Positions 23,801 to 36,063 of a stretch of 64,000 bases of DNA are shown here, one piece after another. Source of the DNA: Pocillopora damicornis (taxonomy: Eukaryota); NCBI RefSeq assembly GCF_003704095.1, contig NW_020846447.1:1-64000 (forward strand). Direction: 5' to 3'. Each line of letters opens with the position of its first letter. The first letter of the stretch is position 1. The notes under the pieces were generated by a model. The model saw only the letters and a program-made list of their open reading frames with translations. It had not been told where the DNA came from and made no database searches. Position numbers and translations under genes: made by a program.

Positions 23801-24891
23801 GGATTTTTTCTTGGTTGCCCTGAGTTCAACTCCTTGGCTGCGCTGTGTAAGTAGCCAACTGATCTGCCCCCTGCTAGTAGGGATTTTTCAAGCACTTTAT
23901 GTTATTTTGAGACATTTGTTTCTCTCTTTGCACGTATGAGCATAAGTAAATGAATATGTACATGTTATAAATATTAAATTTATTGTTATTTTTAATAACT
24001 GTTGTGGTTATTTTGATTTGTTAATTTTGTTGATTGCTATGTTAAAGTTTATTTTTCCTTTGATCATGAAAAGGAACATGTCTGTTTGATTAACCCTTTA
24101 ACCTCTGGGTGTGATTAGCATCTATTTTCTCACTAAGGTATCACTGCTGAATCAAACATAAGGCTAGTGAGAATTAAAGAAATGATCACCAACTAAACAA
24201 ACTCTTGATTGTCTAACAAATTCTCCTTGTTAGCACTTTAGGAAATGTATGAAAAACAATTTGGAGAATGTGCATATTGATGTTTGAGTGTTAAAACATG
24301 GCAGGGGTAGGGAGAAAGAGCAATGGATTTGATTTGCATTTTGGTATTTTGCAGGATCTTCTTGTTGGCATTGCATTTGCTGTTGTTTTACTTGTCACTG
24401 TGATTCCACTTCTGGATGTGTCTATTGACAAGTGGGTGTTCAGTTCTCCAAACACACCAATTTTTCTCATCGTGGTTCCAATGATCATGATCCTCATGTA
24501 CCCATCACCACCAAAATACACTCAGACAAAGGCAGATACAGCTACCATTATATTTGGAGCCTGTGGAGCACTGCTTGGTACTTGGGGAAGGTTTTACTTT
24601 CAAGGGGTGCCGGACCCTTACCAAGGGGCACCATACCCAATCCGAATTCCTGGTTATGAGGAGATGTTTTGGATGATTGGCAAGTTTTTGTTTGGTGTTG
24701 GAGTGATTATTCCAACGCGTGCAGTGATGAAGTCAACAGTACATGCAGTTGTGCCATGGCTTCTTGCAGAGACTGATCCAAAGAAGATGAAATCTGTTTC
24801 AGAAATCCCCCATCGTTTCCTCACATATATAACGGTTGGCTTCACTGCAGTGTTCTTTGTTCCTCACATTTTTGCTTATGTTGGAGTGTGA
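20881..24891 (+). CDS. SGPP1: Sphingosine-1-phosphate phosphatase (SGPP1/2 co-orthologue, PAP2 family), ~407 aa, exons 20881-21477, 22763-22852, 24355-24891
   Basis: PAP2 motifs KDVIQWPRP, EYGMPSTH and SRLYMGMHTLQD; multiple transmembrane segments. Confidence 0.93.
21940..22280. repeat. Local tandem duplication, ~188-bp period, in SGPP intron 1
   Basis: TAAGGAGTTTCAGTGCATGACT...GATCAGACAAAATTCCTGAATATTCTG at 21981 and 22169. Confidence 0.9.
23719..23990 (+). mobile_element. tRNA-derived SINE (tRNA-Thr(TGT)-like head) in SGPP intron 2
   Basis: A box TGGCTGAGTGG 23728-23738, anticodon loop CT-TGT-AA, B box GGTTCAAGCCC 23772-23782, a non-tRNA body and an AT-rich tail; the acceptor stem is not intact. 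Confidence 0.8.
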
Positions 24892-24934
24892 CCATCTCAC
24901 AGTAGCAGTTCTCTCTGATTACTATTGAAGTCGT

Positions 24935-25071
24935 GGATCAATGTCAGTATCTGAGCAAAAACACCCCTAACCCTACCTTAACCTGATAACAGACAAGTGA
25001 TAACAGGTTAGGGTTAATTTTGGACTGGGGAAGGCATAGACATGCAGTTTTTCAGATACTGGCATTGATCT
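24935..25071. mobile_element. Diverged copy of the 137-bp GGATCAAT MITE, just 3' of the SGPP stop
   Basis: GGATCAATGTCAGTATCTGA...TCAGATACTGGCATTGATCT; degenerate TSD GAAGTCGT/GAAGACAT. Confidence 0.8.
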
Positions 25072-27862
25072 GAAGACATCATTCAAGGAGTAAAGGTATA
25101 ATTGATCCTTAACCTTGTAAACAAAATTTTCATTCTGTGCTACTGTGAGATAAAAGATAAGAATCTTGGAATTTCCTTTTATTGAATTTGTAGTTATACT
25201 CCCAAAGAATTGCATTAACAAAGAGCCAAAAATATAAATATATAAACCAATGTAACTAAGGGCTGGTAAGCAGCATGGCTAAGTGTTTGGTTGAAAACAT
25301 TGATGACATTTGTCATTAGCAATTATAGGCTTCAGATTTTGTGGACTGTTTACCAGCTCTCTATGGTATCAAAAACTGATGGTCTTACCAATTGTTGGTG
25401 TGTTCTGTAATCAATGACTGGCACATGGTAAAGCTGGAATCTTTTTTTATCAAAAGAAAAAGAAAGCAGAGAAAATTTCAAAACTTGCCCAGGAGCTCAA
25501 CTGCCCAGAGATTCCACTGCATATATTTTTCAAGGTCACCAATAACTTCTGTTTTGGTTTATTTCATCTTGATGGTAATCAAGTTCTGCTAAATTATTTT
25601 TCAATGTCACATCCTTTAACTTCAGAGTAATCCTATAAACTTTATTTATACCAAGAACCATGTTGAGCAACTAGGTAAACACATTTCCTATGTAGCCATG
25701 TGTCTATACCTTGACAGATCATTTCAGCAAAGACCAATCACAGAGTGGGTAAAATTCACTTCGCTTAAGTGTATGAACATGTTACTAAGCAACATAAATA
25801 TATCAGAGCTGTCTCATTATTTAGTAAATCATTATAATGATCATCATGTAGGCATAACATCAGCTGCAGAAAAGGGACCAAAAAACAGATGGCAACAATG
25901 TTAAGTGCAATGTCTTCAATTTTTCTGCAACACAAACTTTTCCATTTCTTGGCCTCAAAAAAGTAACCTTTAAGTAAATGTCATGAGCTCATTGATAAGA
26001 TTATGGTTAGGTGCAGTTGGCCATTCAAAATAATTTTGAAGTGTTAAATTTATTTTTTAGGTGAAATTGTGGAAGGTTTTCTCGAAGAACAAACTTGATA
26101 ATTTCCCAGATGAATGATTGAAATACATACTCTCCCACAGTTCTAAACACAATATCATCCATATTAGTTGTAGAAAGGGAATTCAAGGTGCAAGAGAATT
26201 GTAGAGGTGTCAAAGTTGAGCTGTAGCTGATTTCTGTGTATAGTTGTAACGATTTTTTTAAGTTTTTGGACATATTTTCATTTTTTCTTCTTCCAAAAAC
26301 TATTCTTATGCAGGAAGCAAAATACCGGAAAAAATATATTTTGGGTATTACTAATGGTTCGGGATTGATGTCAGTGACAGCTGTTATTTTCATTGTCTAG
26401 TTTAAAAATGGCCTCACTCAACATTGTTCTCAAAAGTTGTGCCCCAAAATAATTTTTTAACTATTTGCCTTTGTTTTGCATTATAAAAATACTCTTTTGG
26501 GTAAGGTAAGGTAAGGATTTTCCAATTAATGTTTTGTTACATTCCATATAAAAATGTGTTTCAAGCTTTGTGAGTTTCATATTGTATTACATCCAAACAT
26601 GTACTTAGTATCTGTTAACTTGTCAGAATTGTTTCTGATCAAAAGCTATGTAAATAATAAGAGTTGCTTCTATTTTACTAGACTGTGCTGTGCACTGCTA
26701 TTAATATCAAATCTTTATTTCTTTCTCTGATAATGTAAAGAACAATGAATTTTTGGGAAGATTTTAGAGATAATCAAGCCTAGTTCTTAGCCTTTTTCTC
26801 TTTGGTGTTATCACTGCACTCAAGGAGAATAAGGATCTGTCATGATTGAGTAGGTTCTAGGTTTAACCCCTAAATCTGCATGATTCCCATTCTCGTTATA
26901 CGTAGACACTTTTTCTTGCAAAACTAGTTGAGCAAACTTAGTGTTTTGAAGATAACTATCTCAGACTGAAGAGTTTATTTACTCTTATCATTTTGCCAAA
27001 GGATGTAATAAATTATAAAGGGTGTTGAGAAACTATGTGTTGGTCAGTTATGGCCAGGGACGTTTTATACAAGCTTTACAAACTGAATCAGAAGTAGGTA
27101 CAAATTAATAGGGGGTTTTACTAAATAACAATTTAACTCTTTTAATAAATATAGTGGGCGCACTGAATTCTTAGATTTTTCAAGACACACTTTGTGTTTG
27201 ACAAGAAACTAATGTCAAGTTGAGTTTTAGTAACATTGAGCAATTGTGTAAGCTCAATCAAAATGTGGTTCATCTCTGTCAATAGATAGAGAAACAAGAG
27301 TAAAGTATAATAAAAACTTCACTAAAAAAGATTCCCTGGCACATGTTTCTTATGTTTGTAATGGATACATAAGGATAAGGAATTATTTTTTTATTCTGGG
27401 AAGAGGTCAAAAATGCATAAACAGTAGTCATGTGATACTATTCTGTTCCTTTTTTTTTAATTTTTGGAAGATCATGGTTTTGAATATTAGATAGGTTGGG
27501 GTAAATTAAATATAAATTCAGATGCAGAACTGACAGCAAAAACTGAAAGAAAACCTCCCAGCAACCCCAGGTGACATAATACTCACAGATCAGATACCAG
27601 TTTATAGCCCTTCCCCCACCTCTCCCAAAATTTTTATAAGCCTTCCCCTAGCAAATCACAGGTTCCCATGAAGAGAGGTACTGTTCGAGTAGTTAATCTT
27701 GCTCAAGAAAAACTTTTATTCATAAATTTGTTTAACAACAGTTTAAAACATCATCAAACAACTCTGTGTGCTGCAATGTTTGAACATCACGTTGCTACCT
27801 ATGTTCTTGTAAAGGTGCATTGCTTCTTCCTTTGTGACCATAATTTTAAGATCAGTGTAGCA

Positions 27863-30800
27863 CTATCTCATGGCAAAGTCAATAATCTGTTCCTACAAAC
27901 AAAAATATAACAGAGAGAATTATTTAACAAATCAATTATATATTCTGGGATTCCAAAAAATTTGAAGAAAAGGGGATATCAAAGTTAGGCAGTTTTAGAC
28001 ACTTGTCTTTCTTCTCCATTCCTCTTTAGTGCTTCTGTCTGATAAAGAGATTACTACAGGGTACCTTTCCTTCTTTTAGAGACAAATTTCAAGAACTTTT
28101 CCAGGACTTTTCTATGGCTCAGATTGACTTTTTCCAGGACCCCAAATTTCACATTAACCTTTTCATTTCCAAGATTTCAAAATCAGTTCAAACATTTCTT
28201 ATCATGGAAATTCTGAAAATTTTATTGCTTGAGGTAAGCAGATTTCCAGGATTTTCCAAGACCTGAAGTCTTTTTCCAAGACTGGATAGTCCTGAAAAGT
28301 GTCAAGATAAAATTCCAGGACTTTCCAGGTTTTTCAGGACCCACGCAAAACCCTTTTAGTAGCAATACTTCTATCAATGCTGGCTTAATTTCTTTTACCA
28401 ATGGTAAGCTTTGTTAATCAAATTAACTATTAAATTTCATTGACTAAAACTGTTTATTTACCTTGATAGGGAGCATAGCACTAGTTGCTATGAGCCCCAC
28501 TGATCGTGCAAGAACTGGGAGAGGACTTGATGTTGAGTAAAGTCTCTTGAGAGCATCAATAGCTGTGATCATAGGGACTACACTCTGCTGCCGTTTTGTT
28601 TCATATGTTAAAAGATGCTCCAAAGATCCTAGAAATGGAAAAAGTGGTCTAAGACGATAGAATCATGACATACAATTCTGAGTAATAAGCCAAGAGATTT
28701 TCTACTTTCTTTGATGGTTATCTTGTTTGTGTTTTTTTTTTATCATGACTGACTGATTTATAAATTAAAGTAGTAAGACTTACAAAAATACTTAAGACAG
28801 CATAGCTATATGTCTCTTCCTGCTTGGGAAAGTTGTGGGGGTCAAGATGGCCTGACGTTTGGCATAAAAGCCAGGTCACTGTGATGGTGTTGTTAACCCT
28901 TTCACTCCCAACATCTTATAAGTAATTCTCCTTACTTTATGTCACACAATTCTTATGATTTTAGTTTGGAGAATTTGTTATTGGATAAACTAATAATTCC
29001 CAGTTGTTTCTCTTTGTTCTCATCACTTGTCTGCTTGATATTGTATCAATGTTGTTAGGACAAATTCTATCTTGCTCACTCATGGGATTTAAAGAGGTTA
29101 AGCTCTCACAGTGAGGTCTCCCTTTGCCCTAAGTTTAACTTGGTACCAAAAAACTGCCAGGACAAGCCTCAGAAAATGGAGTAACAATCCTGATCACTTC
29201 ATGTGACAAGAACCAAGTTATGCACTAGGTACTTAGAGTTACATGTTGACTTATACTAATTATAAATCTTGAGAAAGATTGATTCTTAATTACCAAGATC
29301 TTTTCCTTCCTGTGCAGCCTCAGACAGCACATCTCTTAGACAAGCAACATCTCCAAACCCCATGTTGACACCTTGTCCAGCTAGAGGATGGACTCTATGA
29401 GCAGCATCACTATAAGAGAAATATGGAGAACTCAACATAAATGTTAACTTTGTAGTTAAAACACACAAGGGGAAGCGCTATGCAGTTTTATCCTTCTTGG
29501 GTCTCTATGTTATGTGCAAATTGTCTCAGGACATCTTTAACTAGTGTCACCATTATAACAAAAAGACTAACTCACCCTATCAAAGCCAGTCTTGGTCTGA
29601 CATATTCCATGGCATGCCCAAAGCCATATGGAAACATTGCTCGACTACCTTCCTCAACACCACTCACACTAGGGGGAGACTGGGTACCAGACCCCACCTC
29701 TGAAACAAATTGGCAGCGTAAGAGTTTTTGATACAAAGAATTAGAAGGAGTGACAAAATTAGGAATGATTCAAGCATTGCAGCCCCAACATATAAATTTG
29801 GCCCAGGGTTTTCTATACATATTTTAAAAACCGCCATGTTGTTGATTCATAAATGACTCAGTTGCAAAAAGAGATATAAAATACAAAGAATATTAAACAC
29901 TTCTCTTCCTTAGTGAAAATAAAAGCTAGCCAAGCCAAGGACTAAAAATAATTTCTGATCAATAAATCAGTTTACATAGCCAGAAAATTTAAAATGAGGT
30001 AGACAGGAGGAGAAATGGAAAGGAGAATTGAATACTTGGGAGGAAAGACCTTACTTGTCCATGGCTGAACGAAAGAAGCTAACATATATGATATCCTTGT
30101 GGCTTGATCCACCAAAGGATTGCGGTCCAAGTCTTCCCACTGACAAAAGTTAAGAAAAAAATTATGTAAAAGCTCTAAGCTTACAAAAGAGGAAACATGA
30201 AGGTTTTCATATACTGCAGCCAGGAGGCCAGGCTAATGGTTGGTCTCAATCTGTATCACATGTGTGATAATTATAATAAAGAAAATCTCAAGAAAACATA
30301 AATTTTTTAGATTGTACAACTTGGACATTTCAGTTCTTAATTACAACAATCTTTAAATCAAATTTTGACAAATGATCTACAAAATAGATTTATGAATTCT
30401 GACGCTTCTTTCCATTATGGAATAATACCATGTTAACCCTTTACACCCTAAAATCAGTATGCATATTCTCCACACTGTTCTCTATACATTCCCTCAGATG
30501 CTGACGAGGAGAATTTGTTCAACAATCAATATTAAATTCTAGTGAATTTATTCTTGCGACCCTGCATGATGTGTGATTCCGGGGTGATGGAGACATACAA
30601 TGCTAGTCACTATTTGGGGTAAAATGCTCAGAAAAAGAAAAAAAATAAGCTAAGATGATAGACATATATATTTCATATTTGAAACTTACAAATGCATTGT
30701 TTATAGCATCAACAAATCTATCTTCTTCTAATGAGACCAGCTGTTTAGCATGTTCCAGAGTTGTTGACCACACTAATGAGCTTAAATTGTCTGTGAGCTA

Positions 30801-33800
30801 AACAAAGACCATAAATTAATTTTAAATAATTGTGAAAAAAAATTGGAAAATCATGTAGATTGATAATAAACTAATGGTATCATCTTTTCATTCCTTTTTC
30901 CTGGTATATTCTTTAAACATCAAATAGTTTTCATGTGGGTCTCTACTCTACATGAATCTAAGTCTCTGTTAAAGATTCATAATGGGATCTTTGGAAAGCC
31001 AAAAGATCCCTCTAATTTGGGAAGCAGGAGATAGAGACCATCCAACTTAAGATTAAATTTCATTGATGGTAAATTAATTTTACCCATGGCAATTGATAAA
31101 AGACTGCAATAAATTTACAGTGATTTTGTGAATGCACTGGGATCTGAAAGATCAAGCATTTAACATCATCCCATAGAATTATACTCACTGGTAGAAGAGC
31201 TATTGGTCCTGTGGGCAAAAACTTTTGCCATGCAACAAGGTTATCTGTAATCTACAGCAGAGAAACACGTTTTTAAATTTAAAAAAATCTGACTGTTACT
31301 TGAAGTTCTTCTCTTGAAGAAAACCTCACTCAGGTAGCCTTCACTAGCATCAGTCAGTATTTCTAACAAAGAGCAAGAAAGTTTTTTTTTTAAAGTAAAA
31401 GCTGCATCATCTTTACAGAAGATTACTGCAAAGTCGTAATACTACCTCTCCCAACTGAAGAGTTGCTACAACTCCTGTCTGATCATATTTCCAGGAGAGG
31501 CAATCCATTGATGCTTGTTGCCGCACCAGGGACTGTGGACCATCAGCTCCTATCTTACAAAGGAATGAAATGGATCACTTATTTTATAAACAATACATAG
31601 TCCAAACCCAAAGCTGTGTTCATTGGGTGTCCAGTCACTAGAGGCCATCAACATTTGGCTTTGTATTGTCTCAGCCTACATGATTCCATGTTTTAAGTTT
31701 GGCATGCAGAGAATGTGCAACAAAATTTTAAGTGTTTTAAATTTAGGACTAAAACCACTATTTTAACCTGATTCTAAATGCCAGTTTTAGAATGGACTTG
31801 GAAATTAATAGGTTTCTAAAAACAAGGACTTGGATTTGAATTCTAAAATAAGAGTTACTTCATGGAATGACTTGGTATATGTTCTAGGGCACTTGTTGCT
31901 GTGGTAAAGTGGGAAAAGAAACCACAAATTTTCTCTATATTTACCACATACCACTAGTCTTGAGTGAACTGTCCTTCCATCTTCCAGCTCCAAGGAAGCC
32001 CATGTATGACTAACATCCTTGTTATCCTTCAAAGTCACATGGTTTTTAACAAAGATATCAAGCTAATATTTTTGTGTAAAGCTCTGACAATAATCATGCA
32101 TTGGTCCATGGATTCATTATTTCAAATAAATTAAAATGCTTGTGTGACAGATATGAAATTGGAATCACATCAAAACTCTCCTGAATATAAAATCAATCTA
32201 TGTTCAAGTCCACCAATACTGTTAAAATGGTTTAATTTAATATTTACTTAAAAAAATTACAACCATAGCATGGAAAAGTTGAAAATGAATTTAAATTCCT
32301 AATGATTTTAAACTTCAGCTGACAGTTGACTCGTATTTACTTCTTTGTTGAAGGATTATGGGTAGCAAGTAATCTTTCTGAAGAGATAATAACACTTCAC
32401 ACAAACTTGTTTCTTCATTATGCAAAATTTGTATTAAAAAAAGATAAAATATTAACTTCATATAAATATCCATCCATACCAAATCTTTTGTTAAATCAGG
32501 CAAACTTAATTTCTTGAGCTTTGTTCCATGCAGAACCTTCACTCGTGAGTGAAGCATTTTTAGCTGTTTTCTCAGGGCCTCAAGGGTGACAGGATTTTCT
32601 ACAATGAATCCCATGTCTTTTGAACCATCCAAATCCTTTGAACTTGATTCAAATGTGATGTGTGCATCACTGCAAGCATCCCAAACCTTAACAAAAAAAA
32701 AACCAAAAAAACAAAAGAATGTCATAACCATGAATAAATTACCTCCTGAGACTTTACTCTCTGATTCTCTGCATTGTCTGTTGAACATTTCCCATGTTCT
32801 TAGAATCAAGAATTATGATTTATATCCACAATACCCCCAAGCTGATTATTTTCTTTTCTTCTTGTTATCTTTCTGTTTGAAAATGCATTAGTATTGTGGC
32901 AAGAAATTCCTCCTCAGTCACTCCCAGGATTGCAAGGCTTAGTGGTTATGAAAAAGGCACGTGACCCATTTGATGTGAGAAACAGAGTGAAGCAAAGCAA
33001 CCCTTATATAAGATGAAAATATATATAGCGGTAAGTATAATTTTAATGCTTACCTGCATCCTTCTAAAAGGCTTTTGTCTCATTTCACAAATATGATCCC
33101 AAGCACCAATACCTTACAACAAAAATAATCATACACAACTTAAACAGATCTTTGTATTTACAAGAAATCTAATCATGCATGAATTCAAAATACTTGTTGG
33201 TAGACCATGGTATTGGGATTTTAAGCTCATTAGCTGTCTTGTTTACTAAGGTAAATATTAAAGAAATTATGAGTACGAGTCAGCACCTCAGTAAATGTAT
33301 AGAGAACAGCATGTAGAATATGCATACTGATGTTAACTTTCAGTGTTCAAGTGCAAAGGGTTAAGTTTATAACCTTGGCTATAAAATTATCATCAAATAG
33401 CACTTACTTTCCAGAAGCCTTTTGGAACCAGGTGTGATGTTGCTAACGCGGTTGCTGTATACTGAGGTGATCTTTTGAGGTCTGTCAGGAGCTGCTTCTA
33501 ATAAGAGAATCTTGTGATCATCCAAAGATTTATCTAGTCCTTGAGGAGAAAAAAAAAACACACATATGATTTACAGAACTACCCAAAGACTGTTTGCATG
33601 CAGTGGCTAAATCACTGCATGACATCCCGACAAGAAGAAGTCCACTTTCTCACCTAGAGCACAGGCCAAACTCGAGCCGACCATTCCACCACCAATGATG
33701 GTAACATCATAGAAATCATGTGTATCTTTACTAGCAGCTGTACATAAAGAACACACTCTAAGTTTCAAAAACTGTTTACAGTTCAAAGATTTCCTCACAG

Positions 33801-33810
33801 CTGAAAACAT
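27863..33810 (-). CDS. COQ6: Ubiquinone biosynthesis monooxygenase COQ6, ~13 exons (first 33810-33654, last 27892-27863)
   Basis: Mitochondrial leader; [12 protein letters not shown]; [10 protein letters not shown]; [12 protein letters not shown]; [15 protein letters not shown]; [20 protein letters not shown]; C-terminal EQIIDFAMR. Confidence 0.95.
28057..28355. mobile_element. Non-autonomous DNA transposon with CAGGGT-type ends and TTTCCAGGA subterminal repeats
   Basis: Same family as 62811-63079 in the opposite orientation; flanks TTACTA/TTAGTA. Confidence 0.75.
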
Positions 33811-33921
33811 TGTACCAAGCTGACGGAAGGAAAGATTACATAATGTATGGTACCGCTGGCCAGGTAATTTTGATTTATTGTCATGTATGCTCAACCAAGT
33901 GACGCGCGTTCTAAATCAAAG
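33811..33921. promoter_or_regulatory. Very compact bidirectional promoter, COQ6 / COMMD1
   Basis: 111 bp between divergent ATGs; half-CRE TGACG at ~33900; YY1-like AAGATGGC at the COMMD1 start. Confidence 0.7.
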
Positions 33922-35073
33922 ATGGCTTCAGCTGACAAAAATGTAGTGGGGTTACTAAATGGATTGGCACGAAGGGAATATTTCGGAGAATCGGAAATCA
34001 CTGACGACTTCCTACACCAAGAACTTTTTCCCGACCTAGGAAGAGAGCAATTTGATGCAATGCTGTCGAGATACGAGAATTTAATGCGAAATATTGTATC
34101 TGCGGATATGGATTTCAATCAACTCGAAGCCTTTCTGACATCTCAGACGAGACGAAAACAAGGCTCACTGACCCAGGAACAAGCTGCAGCGTTTTTAAAG
34201 TTCTGGAAATCGCAAAAGGTAAAAATCCACGACGTCTTGGTCCAGAGATCGTCGTGGAATAACAGATTGAAGGACATCAGCTGGAGGATTGATCTGAAGA
34301 GCCAGGGGAGACATCTTCAACAGATCAACACACCTGTAGCTATCGTGGAGATGCAGGTTGAGAAACGATCAACTGAGAATAAGGTAGAGTATTAGTATTT
34401 TAATTTTTTAAATTTTTTAATCGTTTCTATCCTTTCATATCTCCCAATTGTAGAACACATAGCCTTCGGCTGGAACACTGCAGGCATCACCGTCCTGGGG
34501 GAGGGGGGGGGGGGGGGGGGGGTAGCTAAGACGCACATTCCTTTTCTAAGCAACAATTTCCAACTTTAGAAGTGTTCAGAACGAGCACAAAGGGAACTAG
34601 GAATAAATTAAATAATTCGAAGTAGTTTGTCACTTTTTGAAGTCTAAGGGTTACAGTTTTACTTTACATTAACAGCAAGCTCAAAATTAACCATCATCTT
34701 AGTTTCTTATCCTAATTGTACACAACATTTTTGATATCGCTGGTCCTAGCAGTGTGCAGGTTGCATGTCACATGTGAACCTTGTAATGGCCTTGCTTACC
34801 ATTAGGTCGATCTGTGTGGCTCAAAGACTGAGCATTAGAGTGTGGAATCTGAGTTTCTATTCCTCTGTGAGACTCAAACTTTTCTTGCTTTGCTGCATGA
34901 TTGCGACAAGATTAAATAAATCTTTCCCCTTGCCACAATAGTATTGATAAACATTTATACATATTTTTCAGGAAACGGATGTTTTCCAGTTTGAAATGGA
35001 TGAATCTCAGCTCTCAAATATCCTCTCAAGTATTGATGAAATTGAAAAGAAACTCACAAGTTATGCCCAGTGA
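33922..35073 (+). CDS. COMMD1: COMM domain-containing protein 1, 187 aa, exons 33922-34383 and 34972-35073
   Basis: GLLNGLA, IVSADMDFNQLEAFLTSQT, KFWKSQKVKI, WNNRLKDISWRIDLKSQGRH...TPVAIVE. Confidence 0.95.
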
Positions 35074-36063
35074 ATTTTTCACATTCTCTCAATCAGAGAG
35101 TAGTGATACTGATACATAAATGACTACCCACAAAAAGGTCTTCAGTAATGATAAATTGTTGATTCTCAGAACGATTACAGAGTTAGATAGCTTCATTATG
35201 TGAATATTACATTGTAGGTGAGAATTGAATAATAATCAAGCTGAAATAGTTTTTCANNNNNNNNNNNNNNNNNNNNNNNNNNNNNNNNNNNNNNNNNNNN
35301 NNNNNNNNNNNNNNNNNNNNNNNNNNNNNNNNNNNNNNNNNNNNNNNNNNNNNNNNCAGAGTTAAACAAAAGACACACACTCCTTACTAAACTGGTTAAT
35401 TGATTAATATGACTGGTCCTTAAACTTTTGTAAATAAACTCTTGAGCAGCCTGAGAGAAGTTATGGTAAAGTGGAGGGTAGTAAAATTAATTCACTTGAG
35501 TTCTACTCTTAGACTTAGCCTAATCTAGGTATTAACTGACGAATCATTGCTGCATCACCCACCCACCCAAAGATTAAAAAAGTAACCTCTTTCCCCGAGT
35601 GATCTGGAATAATTCTATGATTTAATTTCTCTGTTTAGTTTAGGAAGCCGGGATATGAACATAGTTCAGAAGGAGAGGGCAAATATAAAATTATGAGACA
35701 TATTATTATAGGAGGCCCGAGAATATAATCAAGCTCTTGCACGTATGATCAAAATTTTTGCAAGTGAGTTATTTTAGTAACAAGGGACGATAACTCAGTC
35801 CAAAGTACAAACATATAAACAACATTATTTACACTACTTCATACCCTTCGTCCTTTCCTGATAAAGGTTCTGGTCTTTCTCTTACTGTAGACATATTTTC
35901 AGTCACGATTTTCTTTTTGCAATATCTTCAAAAAATTTATAAAGAACCCGCACTAAAGTGGGTATGTGTCTCCTCACCTGATGATTTAATCGGCGGTAAC
36001 GGTTTTGGGCTGGGAACGAATTTGTTCCCAGTCGATAATAAGAATTCAATATGGCCGATTAAA

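Noticed and set aside
33883-33921. Upstream ATG extensions of COMMD1 (33883) and COQ6 (ORF from 33894)
   Set aside because: Homology begins at the downstream ATGs (33922 and 33810), and the extensions would overlap the shared promoter.
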